From assembly GCA_964534745.1 (NCBI GenBank), contig CAZHQW010000009.1, positions 3,777 to 67,776 of the forward strand: 64,000 bases of DNA. Reading direction: 5' to 3'. This document shows positions 27,209 through 36,235 of the stretch, piece by piece. The stretch comes from an uncultured Bacteroidales bacterium (GTDB lineage: Bacteria > Bacteroidota > Bacteroidia > Bacteroidales > UBA10428). The number at the start of each line of letters is the position of its first letter. The first letter of the stretch is position 1. A program made the translations under genes and the position numbers. The notes under the pieces were generated by a model. It was given only the letters and a program-made list of their open reading frames with translations. It did not search any database and had not been told where the DNA came from.

Positions 27209-27212
27209 ATTA

Positions 27213-28013
27213 TTACTCGATTATTTTATCTTCATTACTAATTTTTGTTTCATTGTTTTTTTGCAGAAGCTCACGTGCAAGGTTAAGGTAATTGACTGAG
27301 CCCTTGGAGTCGGCATCATAAAGGACGACAGGCTTACCGAAACTTGGTGATTCGGTCAGTTTTATATTGCGCTGGATTATAGTATCGAAGACCATTTGCT
27401 GGAAGTGTTTTCTAACTTCCTCAACAACCTGGTTTGACAGTCGCAGGCGGGCATCATACATAGTTAGCAGGAAGCCCTCAATTTCAAGGTCCGGATTTAA
27501 CCGGCCCTGGATTATTTTAACAGTATTAAGCAGTTTTCCCAATCCTTCAAGCGCAAAATATTCACACTGAACGGGTATGATGACTGAATCGGCTGCAGTG
27601 AGTGCATTTACAGTTATAAGTCCCAATGACGGAGAACAGTCTATTAAAATAAAATCATAGGGAATGGTTATTTTATGAAGCACTTCTTTAAACATTTTTT
27701 CCCTGTTTGGCATATTCAGCATCTCTATTTCAGCTCCAACAAGGTCTATGTGTGATGGTATAAGATCCAGCCCCTCGATTTCTGAAGTTAAAATAATGTC
27801 ATTCGGATTTACTTCATTTATCAGGCATTCATATATGCTTGTTTTTATGTTCCTGACATCAAAGCCTATTCCCGATGTAGCATTTGCCTGTGGATCAGCA
27901 TCTATAAGCAAAACTTTCTTTTCGAGTACCGCCAGGCTGGCAGCCAGATTTATTGCCGATGTTGTTTTGCCTACACCTCCCTTTTGGTTTGCTATTGCTA
28001 TTATTTTACCCAT
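27213..28013 (-). CDS. parA: chromosome partitioning ATPase ParA/Soj
   Basis: Deviant Walker A is IAIANQKGGVGKTTSAINLA. 266 aa, 4 nt upstream of parB. Confidence 0.9.
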   Translation of the reverse strand: MGKIIAIANQKGGVGKTTSAINLAASLAVLEKKVLLIDADPQANATSGIGFDVRNIKTSIYECLINEVNPNDIILTSEIEGLDLIPSHIDLVGAEIEMLNMPNREKMFKEVLHKITIPYDFILIDCSPSLGLITVNALTAADSVIIPVQCEYFALEGLGKLLNTVKIIQGRLNPDLEIEGFLLTMYDARLRLSNQVVEEVRKHFQQMVFDTIIQRNIKLTESPSFGKPVVLYDADSKGSVNYLNLARELLQKNNETKISNEDKIIE

Positions 28014-28239
28014 TGAAATGCCGGTTTTTATAACAGATTATAATTTTATTTTGCTCAGACGTTCAAAAGTAGTATTTTAAAAAATCAATGGATTTTTAAT
28101 GAGTTTTTGTTTTGTAAACAATTCCGTCTCTTTTATTAACACGTTATTAACAATCACTAATAGGTTAATTACTTTTTAAATATCCTTCAGGCAAGCTAAA
28201 AACAAGAGATAATATTTAGTAATTGGAGATGTTTAATTC

Positions 28240-28617
28240 TTAGTCGTTTTCAATAAAATCGAATTTCAGCTCACTAAGTTCTTCGAGGCTTCTTCCGGCT
28301 TCAAGCATCGATTCATCCTCATGATCGTAATACCATTTAATCTTTATTTCGGCATCAGACTCTTTCAGATCCTTACATTTTGAGAGTATCATCAGGAAAT
28401 ACTTGAGTGAAGAGGTATTAAAGTAGTCAAACCTGAATTTAAACTCGGTAAGTTGATTCGGATTTTTAATATATTCATCAAGCCATTTTACTATTGGTTC
28501 ATAAAACTCGTTTGCATTTTCAGGTCTTGATATGCCTGATATTTCAAAGATTCTTTTTTGCGGATTTAGAACGACCCTGGGAGAAAAATCTGTTGCTTCT
28601 ACGGTATATGCTTTCAT
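28240..28617 (-). CDS. DUF1987 (SiaC-like) domain protein
   Basis: 125 aa. FSPRVVLNPQKRIFEISGISRPENANEFYEPIVKWLDEY ... FKFRFDYFNTSS fits the DUF1987 pattern. Confidence 0.6.
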   Translation of the reverse strand: MKAYTVEATDFSPRVVLNPQKRIFEISGISRPENANEFYEPIVKWLDEYIKNPNQLTEFKFRFDYFNTSSLKYFLMILSKCKDLKESDAEIKIKWYYDHEDESMLEAGRSLEELSELKFDFIEND

Positions 28618-28738
28618 GGGTTTATGATTTATTTAAATATACAAAAAATTGAAATATCTGGTAATTAAATAAACAATTAATTGGCTTATCCTTTTTAATA
28701 TTAGTTAAAAGTAATTAATAAAAATAGAAAATTTAAAT

Positions 28739-29860
28739 TCAAAGATCGGTTATTTCAATTTCATATAGAACCGGCCAGTTTTTGCCTGTTATATACAGAT
28801 GGTTGTTGTCACTATTGTAAGCAATACCGTTTAATACTTTATCCAGATTATCCCTGGAGCCGGGGGGCATTAATTTTGTCAAATCCAGTTTTCCCGTAAC
28901 TTTGCCCGTACCGGGATCAATAATAACAATTTTTGTATCCCCGTAGATATTGGCAAATATTTTCCCATTGATAAATTCCAGTTCATTCAGGTTTGATACT
29001 ATTCCTTTGTTGTCAAATACTTCGATCTGGCCTGTTTGCGTGAAATATTCATGATCTATGATGTAAATATTTGAGCTGCCATCACTCATAAATATTTTCT
29101 TACCGTCAGTTGCTAGTCCCCACCCCTCTCTTATCGGGTAATCAAACTTTCTGATAAGATCAAGGGTTTCTTTATCATAAATAAATCCAACCTGTGTTTT
29201 GTAGGTAATTTGATAAATATGATCATTTATTATTACTATACCTTCACCAAAGATATGCTGGTCAAGGTCTAGCTTTTTAACCGGGATTCCGCTCTTTATA
29301 TCAACCTTACGCAGTGAGGATTGGCCCTGTTTCCCTGTTCCTTCGTACATGTAACCGGCATCATATGCCAATCCCTGGGTATAGGCATTTTCATCGTGAG
29401 GATATTTGTTCACGACTTTATAATTATAAGTTACCGGTATTATATCGGAAAGCAGAACAAAGGATACCGAATGACTTTCTTTTAATGTGTCGTTATAATA
29501 AATAACTGTTTTGACAGTGTTTTGTCCGACTTTTGCATTTTTTGAATTCCAGTGCACGATTTCTGCACCTGTTGTTTTTGTATTGATTAGTGAATTATTA
29601 ATAAAATAATATACAGAATCAATTATGATGTTTTTCTTCTTTACAGATAATATAATCTTAACCGTATCACCACATATAAAAATTTCATTAATGTCCGGGG
29701 CTTTAATGGCAGCGATATACCCCTTTCCTGGGCCTCCGTCTGAGCTGGCAGAATAAGTATTGTTTGAATTTGTTTCTTTGCAGCTGTTGAGACTAAGAAT
29801 AACGTACAGGGGCAGAATATATTTCAGGGGGGTAGCCAAGCTGTAAAAGATAGTATTCAT
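28739..29860 (-). CDS. glutaminyl-peptide cyclotransferase (beta-propeller, plant/bacterial type) with an N-terminal extra domain; lipoprotein
   Basis: Lipobox is LSLNSC|KE. Contains YPHDENAYTQGLAYDAGYMYEGTGKQGQSSLRKVDIKSG. Confidence 0.75.
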   Translation of the reverse strand: MNTIFYSLATPLKYILPLYVILSLNSCKETNSNNTYSASSDGGPGKGYIAAIKAPDINEIFICGDTVKIILSVKKKNIIIDSVYYFINNSLINTKTTGAEIVHWNSKNAKVGQNTVKTVIYYNDTLKESHSVSFVLLSDIIPVTYNYKVVNKYPHDENAYTQGLAYDAGYMYEGTGKQGQSSLRKVDIKSGIPVKKLDLDQHIFGEGIVIINDHIYQITYKTQVGFIYDKETLDLIRKFDYPIREGWGLATDGKKIFMSDGSSNIYIIDHEYFTQTGQIEVFDNKGIVSNLNELEFINGKIFANIYGDTKIVIIDPGTGKVTGKLDLTKLMPPGSRDNLDKVLNGIAYNSDNNHLYITGKNWPVLYEIEITDL

Positions 29861-29874
29861 AGAATCTTTAACAT

Positions 29875-30300
29875 TTACCTGAACAGTTTTTTCAGTCTGC
29901 TGCCAACTTTTGTTGAACCCCTGGCAAGGTTTCCCAGTTCATTGTATTCACTATCAGCAAAGTCGGGATTCAGTATTTGCCAGATCTCACTCCATCCCAG
30001 AAATCCGCCAACGTTCCTGTCATCAATGAAAAGGTCCACATCAATTTTCCTGCTGATTGTTGCAGGGTCGAATTCTTCTTCGGGGTAGCTTTTATTGACG
30101 GCATAAAATTCAAGGCCCTTTCTTTTGCAGTATTCAATTGCTTCATCCAGCTCTTTATCATGCCTGAATGTCCATAATATAAGCTGGTGTCCCAGTTTCT
30201 GCAATTGTTTAAGTGTTTCAAATGCAAAAAGTTTCTCTTCACCGATCTGCGGATATCTGTGCTCAACAATGGTTCCGTCGAAATCAACAGCAATTTTCAT
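29875..30300 (-). CDS. small HAD-superfamily-like protein
   Basis: MKIAVDFDGTIV (DxDGT motif I) with a later FIDDR. 141 aa, 14 nt upstream of the cyclase gene. Confidence 0.5.
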   Translation of the reverse strand: MKIAVDFDGTIVEHRYPQIGEEKLFAFETLKQLQKLGHQLILWTFRHDKELDEAIEYCKRKGLEFYAVNKSYPEEEFDPATISRKIDVDLFIDDRNVGGFLGWSEIWQILNPDFADSEYNELGNLARGSTKVGSRLKKLFR

Positions 30301-30451
30301 ATTTAATAAATTTCCCCAAAAATACTAATTATTTAATATTAACTGGTCCTCTATTTCATATTAACATGAACATAATGTTAATTGGCATCTTAATTATCAA
30401 CATGTTTCTAAATTTTATTAATTTTATTACCAAAAAGTCAATTTACAACTT

Positions 30452-31210
30452 ATGAAAAAAGTTATACCCTCTTTGCTCACATGTATGTCACTTATTTCAG
30501 GATCTATTTCAATAGTATATTCACTGCAGAAAGAGATGCTGGTATATGCAGGCTATTTTATTATCATTGCGGCAATTTTTGATTTTCTTGACGGTTTCTT
30601 TGCAAGATTATTTAAAACAGTATCGGATTTTGGTGTTCAGCTTGATTCTCTTGCAGACGTTGTGAGTTTTGGAATAGCACCGTCAATGATTTTATACCGG
30701 TTAATACTGTTCACCCTTGTTAACACAGCCCACGGTTCACGATTAGATATTGACTCACCCGGCATTGAGAATGAACTGATACTTTATTCGGCTTTCCTTA
30801 TCGGTGTTTTCTCTGCTTTACGGCTTGCCAGGTTTAATATTGATAATGAGCAAAAGACTTGCTTTAAGGGATTGCCGACACCGGCAAGTGCTATTCTGAT
30901 CGCTTCCATTGGTATTAATCACGATATTTATTTTTTGCTATTCAAGAATAATGAAAATGTATATAATATATATTCCCTGGTTACCCTGATAGCATTAATA
31001 GTTGTAATTTGTTTTTTGCTGGTGTCAAATATCCGTATGTTTTCATTAAAGTTTAAAAATACAGGATTTAAGGGGAATGGTATACGTTACATTTTCTTAT
31101 TACTATCTGCATTGATTATAATTCTGTTCGGAATTAAAGGATTGGCCCCGATAATTGCACTATATATAATATTGTCCCTGATTAATAACTGGATTTTTAA
31201 GCTGGAATAA
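30452..31210 (+). CDS. pssA: CDP-diacylglycerol--serine O-phosphatidyltransferase
   Basis: The CDP-alcohol phosphatidyltransferase motif is DFLDGFFARLFKTVSDFGVQLDSLADVVSFG. Multi-TM, 252 aa. Confidence 0.85.
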   Translation: MKKVIPSLLTCMSLISGSISIVYSLQKEMLVYAGYFIIIAAIFDFLDGFFARLFKTVSDFGVQLDSLADVVSFGIAPSMILYRLILFTLVNTAHGSRLDIDSPGIENELILYSAFLIGVFSALRLARFNIDNEQKTCFKGLPTPASAILIASIGINHDIYFLLFKNNENVYNIYSLVTLIALIVVICFLLVSNIRMFSLKFKNTGFKGNGIRYIFLLLSALIIILFGIKGLAPIIALYIILSLINNWIFKLE

Positions 31211-31217
31211 TCTGCGG

Positions 31218-31331
31218 CTAATTATCTTTTATTCTTTTCTCAAGTTTTTTCAAGGCAAGTAAAATAATCAGATAACTTGCACCGACCAGTAAAGGCCATG
31301 ATAAAAGCATTATTATGGATGATAGATACAT
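31218..31331 (-). CDS. 37-codon single-TM ORF, candidate cytochrome bd small subunit (CydX-like)
   Basis: Absent from the ORF track because it is under 60 aa. The ATG lies 3 nt after the cydB stop (TAA AAA ATG). It translates to MYLSSIIMLLSWPLLVGASYLIILLALKKLEKRIKDN, a hydrophobic helix with a basic tail. E. coli CydX is also 37 aa. Confidence 0.4.
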   Translation of the reverse strand: MYLSSIIMLLSWPLLVGASYLIILLALKKLEKRIKDN

Positions 31332-31334
31332 TTT

Positions 31335-32504
31335 TTAATATATATGTGTTTCTTTTTTTATCTCACTATCATTGATTTTCTTACTGCTTATTGCCTTCCA
31401 TGTATAATATATATAGGCAAAAACAAATGGTATTAATAGTGATACATAGCTCATTACGATAAGTGTATATTTGCTGGAACTGCTGTTTTCTATTGTCAGC
31501 GAGTTTTGCAGGTTATATATTGAGGGATAATAGGCCGTATTATTAAATCCGGCTATTATAAACAGGGAGAATACTGCCATTATTGCTCCGGGCCCGGTAA
31601 ACCATATGCCGCCGGCATATTCTGAGAGTACCGACTTACCTATCCCGAAAACGACAAGCAGGGTTCCTGTAACAAACAAAATACCCGCAACAGGCATCTC
31701 TATTAAATTATGTATGTATTTATATTTTTCCAATGTTACAATATTTGTTTCGGGGTTATAGGCGAAGCCCTGCTTAATAAACAGAATGGTTATGAATATT
31801 ATGAAAAAGACAAGGAAAGGCAATGCATTGATTATCAGTTGCTGACGTGCTTTTTTTATGATACTTGCCTTTTCAATACTTCTGATAAAGTACAATAAAG
31901 CTATAGTCCTTGCAAGAAAGAAAACAGCAAATCCCAGCGAAAGGTTATGAAGATTAATAATTGCTTCAAGACCGTGATAAGGGGTTTCCCATCTCGTAAT
32001 TATCGGATTTCCGGGATTAACAATATTGCTGAAGTTTACCGAGAATTGAGAACCGTTATAAAAAGTTCCGACAGTAATCCCAAGAAGCGTAGTCCCTAAT
32101 ATGCCATTAAGGAGCAGGAATGCCTCGTATGTCTTATGTCCTAACAGATTACCCGGTTTTGAACGAAATTCATAAGCCACAGCCTGGATAACAAAGCAGA
32201 AAAGAATGATAATCCACATCCAGTAGGCCCCTCCGAAGCTTGCTGAATAGAATAAGGGAAAAGAAGCAAATAATGAACCTCCAAAGGTCACAAGGGTAGT
32301 AAATGTGAATTCCCATTTACGCCCAAGGGCATTTACTATAACTGTTCTTTCATCTTCATTTTTCCCGAGGGTATAAATAAGTGTCTGTCCTCCCTGGACA
32401 AAGAGAAGAAATACAAGAACAGAGCCGAGCAAAGATATGATTATCCACCAGTACTGTTGCAGTGTGAGGTATGATAATGATTCAAACATGTTCTTTCCCT
32501 CCAT
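31335..32504 (-). CDS. cydB: cytochrome bd ubiquinol oxidase subunit II
   Basis: Starts ...LTLQQYWWIIISLLGSVLVFLLFVQGGQ. Multi-TM, and it overlaps the 3' end of cydA. An alternative ATG at 32489 is possible. Confidence 0.9.
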   Translation of the reverse strand: MEGKNMFESLSYLTLQQYWWIIISLLGSVLVFLLFVQGGQTLIYTLGKNEDERTVIVNALGRKWEFTFTTLVTFGGSLFASFPLFYSASFGGAYWMWIIILFCFVIQAVAYEFRSKPGNLLGHKTYEAFLLLNGILGTTLLGITVGTFYNGSQFSVNFSNIVNPGNPIITRWETPYHGLEAIINLHNLSLGFAVFFLARTIALLYFIRSIEKASIIKKARQQLIINALPFLVFFIIFITILFIKQGFAYNPETNIVTLEKYKYIHNLIEMPVAGILFVTGTLLVVFGIGKSVLSEYAGGIWFTGPGAIMAVFSLFIIAGFNNTAYYPSIYNLQNSLTIENSSSSKYTLIVMSYVSLLIPFVFAYIYYTWKAISSKKINDSEIKKETHIY

Positions 32505-34053
32505 ATTTAGGTCCTATATTGATTTGCCTGAACATAATTCTTAATTCGGCTATAAGCAGCACCGTAAAAAGAACGGCAAAAATCCAGAATGTCACCTGTA
32601 CCGTGCTGGCATCAATATGTGAAGTAGCGACTACAGTAGGCAATAAATCCTGTATGACCCATGGCTGGCGTCCCATCTCAGATACGACCCAGCCTGCCTG
32701 TGATGCTATATAAGATAACGGGACACTGATAATTGCCAGGCGCAGCAGCCAGCGCCACTTATCAATTTTCCCGGTGAACAGGCATATTAATATGATTATG
32801 AAGAATAAAAAAAAGTAGAATCCAAGCATTACCATTATATGAAAACTATAAAATGACATGGGCACATTTGGGATAATACTGCCGGGATTATTTAAAAAAC
32901 CATATCCAAAATACCTGAAATAGTTCTCTTTAAAATCGGGATCGTGGAACTTCTTTTTTAATTCTTCATATTTTAAAGTATTGCCCGAATCTTTTGCTTT
33001 TTTTAAATCCGCCAGAATATTACGCGCATACCTGCCCCTTTCAATTTTTTCTTGCACAGATATGATATTATACTCGGGATTCCCGTTAACCAGGTCATTG
33101 ATGCCCGGTACGTAGGCATTGAAATTCCCGTGAGCCATGTATGACAAAAGCTTCGGAATTTCTATTTTGAAGCTGTATTTCCATGTTTTATTATCATCTG
33201 TATAATTCTCAGATTTGCCCAACGCACCCAACAATATTAGTCCGGTCCCCTTTTTGCCCTCATATAAACCTTCAATTGCAGCAAGTTTCATGGGCTGTAT
33301 GTCCGTTATGAAACGTGCAGAGCTATCACCTGAAGAAATAAGGACAATTGATGAGGTAATTCCGAATATAGAGGAAATCAACATGCTTCTTTTTGCCATG
33401 AATATTTCCCGTTTTTTAATCAGGAACCATGAGCTAACACCTATAACAAAAATTGAAGCCAGCACATAACCTGAAGTTATGGTATGAATAAACTTGTTAA
33501 TAGCTACCGGGGAGAGAAAGACTTCCCAGAAGTTAAGCATTTCGTTACGGGCGGTATCGGGATTAAAATGCATTCCGACAGGATATTGCATCCATGCATT
33601 GGCAACAAGTATCCATAGGCCGGACAGGTTTGTACCTGCTGCAACAAGCCAGGTTGAAGCCAGATGAAATTTTTTGCTTACCTTATTCCAGCCGAAAAAC
33701 ATAACTGCAATAAAAGTAGCTTCCAGAAAAAAAGCCATTATTCCTTCAATTGCGAGGGGGGCACCAAAAATATCACCGACGAACCAGGAGTAGTTTGACC
33801 AGTTAGTGCCAAACTCAAACTCGAGAATAATACCTGTTGCAACTCCTATTGCAAAGTTAATTCCAAAGATCTTCATCCAGAATTTTGTGATCCTTTTCCA
33901 TTCTTCGTTGCCCGTTCTCACATAGATGGTTTCCATAAAGGCAATGATAAAGGACAGTCCCAGGGTAAGAGGCACAAAAATCCAGTGATATATTGCTGTC
34001 AGAGCAAACTGTCCCCTTGACCAGTTTACAAGTGATATGTCAATTGCATCCAT
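32482..34053 (-). CDS. cydA: cytochrome bd ubiquinol oxidase subunit I
   Basis: Contains LSRGQFALTAIYHWIFVPLTLGL, a Q-loop region and GWVVSEMGRQPWVI. Confidence 0.92.
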   Translation of the reverse strand: MDAIDISLVNWSRGQFALTAIYHWIFVPLTLGLSFIIAFMETIYVRTGNEEWKRITKFWMKIFGINFAIGVATGIILEFEFGTNWSNYSWFVGDIFGAPLAIEGIMAFFLEATFIAVMFFGWNKVSKKFHLASTWLVAAGTNLSGLWILVANAWMQYPVGMHFNPDTARNEMLNFWEVFLSPVAINKFIHTITSGYVLASIFVIGVSSWFLIKKREIFMAKRSMLISSIFGITSSIVLISSGDSSARFITDIQPMKLAAIEGLYEGKKGTGLILLGALGKSENYTDDNKTWKYSFKIEIPKLLSYMAHGNFNAYVPGINDLVNGNPEYNIISVQEKIERGRYARNILADLKKAKDSGNTLKYEELKKKFHDPDFKENYFRYFGYGFLNNPGSIIPNVPMSFYSFHIMVMLGFYFFLFFIIILICLFTGKIDKWRWLLRLAIISVPLSYIASQAGWVVSEMGRQPWVIQDLLPTVVATSHIDASTVQVTFWIFAVLFTVLLIAELRIMFRQINIGPKYGGKEHV

Positions 34054-34065
34054 CTTGCCATGTTA

Positions 34066-34278
34066 CTATTTGGTAAGTTGTTCAATAATGTAATTACTGC
34101 GTTCATCATCAGAAGAGAAATTCTTTTTTAAAAAATCGGGGAAAAAGATCAGTTTCAGGATAACAAATATGATAAAAAGCTTTATCAGAATTATGACCCA
34201 CAATGTCTTGCCATAAGTCATATTCTTAAAACCGTCAAAATAGAATCTAAATACCCTTTTTATAATATTACCGGCCAT
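34066..34278 (-). CDS. DUF4492-like small membrane protein upstream of cydAB
   Basis: 70 aa with one TM. Its position 12 nt upstream of cydA is typical of Bacteroidota cyd operons. Confidence 0.6.
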   Translation of the reverse strand: MAGNIIKRVFRFYFDGFKNMTYGKTLWVIILIKLFIIFVILKLIFFPDFLKKNFSSDDERSNYIIEQLTK

Positions 34279-34322
34279 TTCAGAAATATCTTGTATTTAA
34301 AATGACGGCATATCAACAGATT

Positions 34323-36221
34323 TTATCTGAAGAGATGGATAAATCCATTCTTGGTATATCTTCCTCCCGGATCTGCCTCAAGAGCCCTCAATATGTAAAA
34401 ATATACTCCGGGCTGCAGCTTCTGTCCCGATTCAGTGGTGCCATCCCATCTTATTGTTTTTGGTCCTTTGGCTTCGTATACCAGGGTACCTGAGCGGCTG
34501 TAAATCTGTATATGCAGAGGCATGCTTCCGCCTTCAATAACAAAATCATCGAATATATTGTCATCATTAGGTGTGAAGAAGTTTTGTACTTCCAGTAAAG
34601 TTGCCAGTATAATATCGCGGACGGTTGTATCAGAACAGCCATGTGTAAGGTCCGTAATTATCAGGCTGGCAGTAATAGTATCGTCCACTGCAGGAAATGA
34701 TAACAGGGGTCTCCTGTCGGTTCTTTCACCTATTCCTTCAAAGTCCCAGAGAAAGCCGTATGATGAAAATTCATTATACTGATGATCAGTATTCCAGCAT
34801 ACCTTGTTCAATGCTTCGTCTGTTGTAAGTGTGTCGGCACATATGAAACCCGCAGTTACTGTCCGGTAGACCGTAATAAAATCATTATGTACTTTTGCGT
34901 TTGCACTATCTCCGTTTATTATAATAGTAATGTCGAATGCTCTTCTTGCACTGGTTGTATTCTCATAAAAAACGGTGTCAGGATCAATCTCGTTACCGGT
35001 AGTGCCATTACCAAAATCCCAGGATAATGAAGTTATTGTATCTGTATCCAGGTTTGTAAGTCCGAATTTAACTCTGAGTGAGTCGCAACCTTCGGTCTGG
35101 TCCGCTGTTATATATATTTGTTGAGGTTCTGTAACCGGCACGCTGGCGATATATGAACCTGAACATCCGAAATTATCACTGACAGTAAGGCTTACATCAT
35201 ATGTGCCGGAACCCGGAAATGTATGAATAACTACCTGTCCTGTATCTACGGTGCCATCATCAAAGTCCCAGTCAAAACTATATGTCGCAGCATTATCATA
35301 CAACTGTGAGTTTTGCCGGAATACAAGGGCATAGTCAGCAATCTGGGCAGTGTCTGAAAATACAAAAAATGCATCTGCAGTAGCATGAACTTTGATGGTA
35401 TCCATCAGTATATTATCATCGCCGCCATTCAGAATGTAGTTTATAGAATAAGTACCCTCAGTATAATACACAGTATCAGGGTCAAAGGATGAACTTGTTT
35501 CACCATTGCCGAAATCCCAGTATATTGAAGTTATTGTGTCAGCCGGAGTATTTCTTATAAAACCAAACTTAACCCGCAGAAAATCACATCCTTCGGTTTC
35601 GCTTGCCGTAATCAAATACGGAGGAGGAGGTTCCTCAACAGAAACGTTGGCCGAATACGTATCTAAACATCCATAGCTATGGGTAACAGTAAGTGTTACG
35701 TTGTATGTGTCAGGACCCGGAAATGTATGCACCACAACTTTGCCTGTGTCTGTTGTGCCATCATCAAAATCCCAGTCATAGCTATAGGTTGCGGATGGGT
35801 CGACAGGCTCTGCGGTATGCCTGAAGACACAACTGTAAGGAGCTATTTCCAGGGTATCTGAAAATGTAAATACTGCCGGCAGGGTCTGGTGTACATTAAT
35901 ATAATCAGGTTTATCAATTGTTGTATCAGAAAAGTCAAACGTAATGTTCACAAATACCCTGTAGGCGCCCGGACTGTTATAATCAACCGTAATGGTATCA
36001 TCTTTGTTTGGTGTAAGGTCATACGGCGGATTACCTCCTTCAAAGTCCCAGCTTATCAATACAATACTATCACTGACAGCAGGGGTTTCGAGCCAGAAAC
36101 GTGTGCCTGTAAGTGCATCACAACCCTCAACTATATCTGCCTGAAAATTATACTGACCGTAAATATTATCCATAGTCAGGCAAACTAACAGAACAAGCAA
36201 TATTTTAATTTTTTTCAACAT
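34323..36221 (-). CDS. PKD-repeat surface protein with a T9SS type-B (gliding-motility-associated) C-terminal sorting domain
   Basis: Signal peptide ends ...NIYG|QYNF. Repeated WDFGDG/WDFDDGT PKD cores are present. The C-terminus is FFTPNDDNIFDDFVIEG...IQIYSRSGTLVYEA...WDGTTESGQKLQPGVYFYIL...GFIHLFR. Confidence 0.75.
   Translation of the reverse strand: MLKKIKILLVLLVCLTMDNIYGQYNFQADIVEGCDALTGTRFWLETPAVSDSIVLISWDFEGGNPPYDLTPNKDDTITVDYNSPGAYRVFVNITFDFSDTTIDKPDYINVHQTLPAVFTFSDTLEIAPYSCVFRHTAEPVDPSATYSYDWDFDDGTTDTGKVVVHTFPGPDTYNVTLTVTHSYGCLDTYSANVSVEEPPPPYLITASETEGCDFLRVKFGFIRNTPADTITSIYWDFGNGETSSSFDPDTVYYTEGTYSINYILNGGDDNILMDTIKVHATADAFFVFSDTAQIADYALVFRQNSQLYDNAATYSFDWDFDDGTVDTGQVVIHTFPGSGTYDVSLTVSDNFGCSGSYIASVPVTEPQQIYITADQTEGCDSLRVKFGLTNLDTDTITSLSWDFGNGTTGNEIDPDTVFYENTTSARRAFDITIIINGDSANAKVHNDFITVYRTVTAGFICADTLTTDEALNKVCWNTDHQYNEFSSYGFLWDFEGIGERTDRRPLLSFPAVDDTITASLIITDLTHGCSDTTVRDIILATLLEVQNFFTPNDDNIFDDFVIEGGSMPLHIQIYSRSGTLVYEAKGPKTIRWDGTTESGQKLQPGVYFYILRALEADPGGRYTKNGFIHLFR
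34857..35870 (-). repeat. intragenic tandem duplication of a ~170-aa two-PKD-domain unit (residues ~118-287 and ~288-455)
   Basis: Unit 1 reads ATYSYDWDFDDGTTDTGKVVVHTFPGPDTYNVTLTV...TEGCDFLRVKFGF...ITSIYWDFGNGET. Unit 2 reads ATYSFDWDFDDGTVDTGQVVIHTFPGSGTYDVSLTV...TEGCDSLRVKFGL...ITSLSWDFGNGTT. Confidence 0.8.
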
Positions 36222-36235
36222 ACCTGCTGAAGTAG

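Noticed and set aside
28133-28152. Direct repeat TTATTAACA-cg-TTATTAACA upstream of parA, considered as DnaA boxes / oriC or a parS site.
   Set aside because: Each copy matches only 7 of 9 positions of the DnaA box TTATCCACA. There is no cluster of boxes, no dnaA nearby and no AT-rich unwinding-element pattern distinguishable from the background. Alignment to the parS consensus TGTTTCACGTGAAACA gives only about half the positions. No full parS-like palindrome was seen elsewhere in the window.
30360-30382. Inverted repeat ATTAACAT-N7-ATGTTAAT in the divergent region between the HAD-like gene and pssA.
   Set aside because: The arms are only 8 bp in very AT-rich DNA. There is no nearby regulator gene and no second copy, so it cannot be distinguished from chance.
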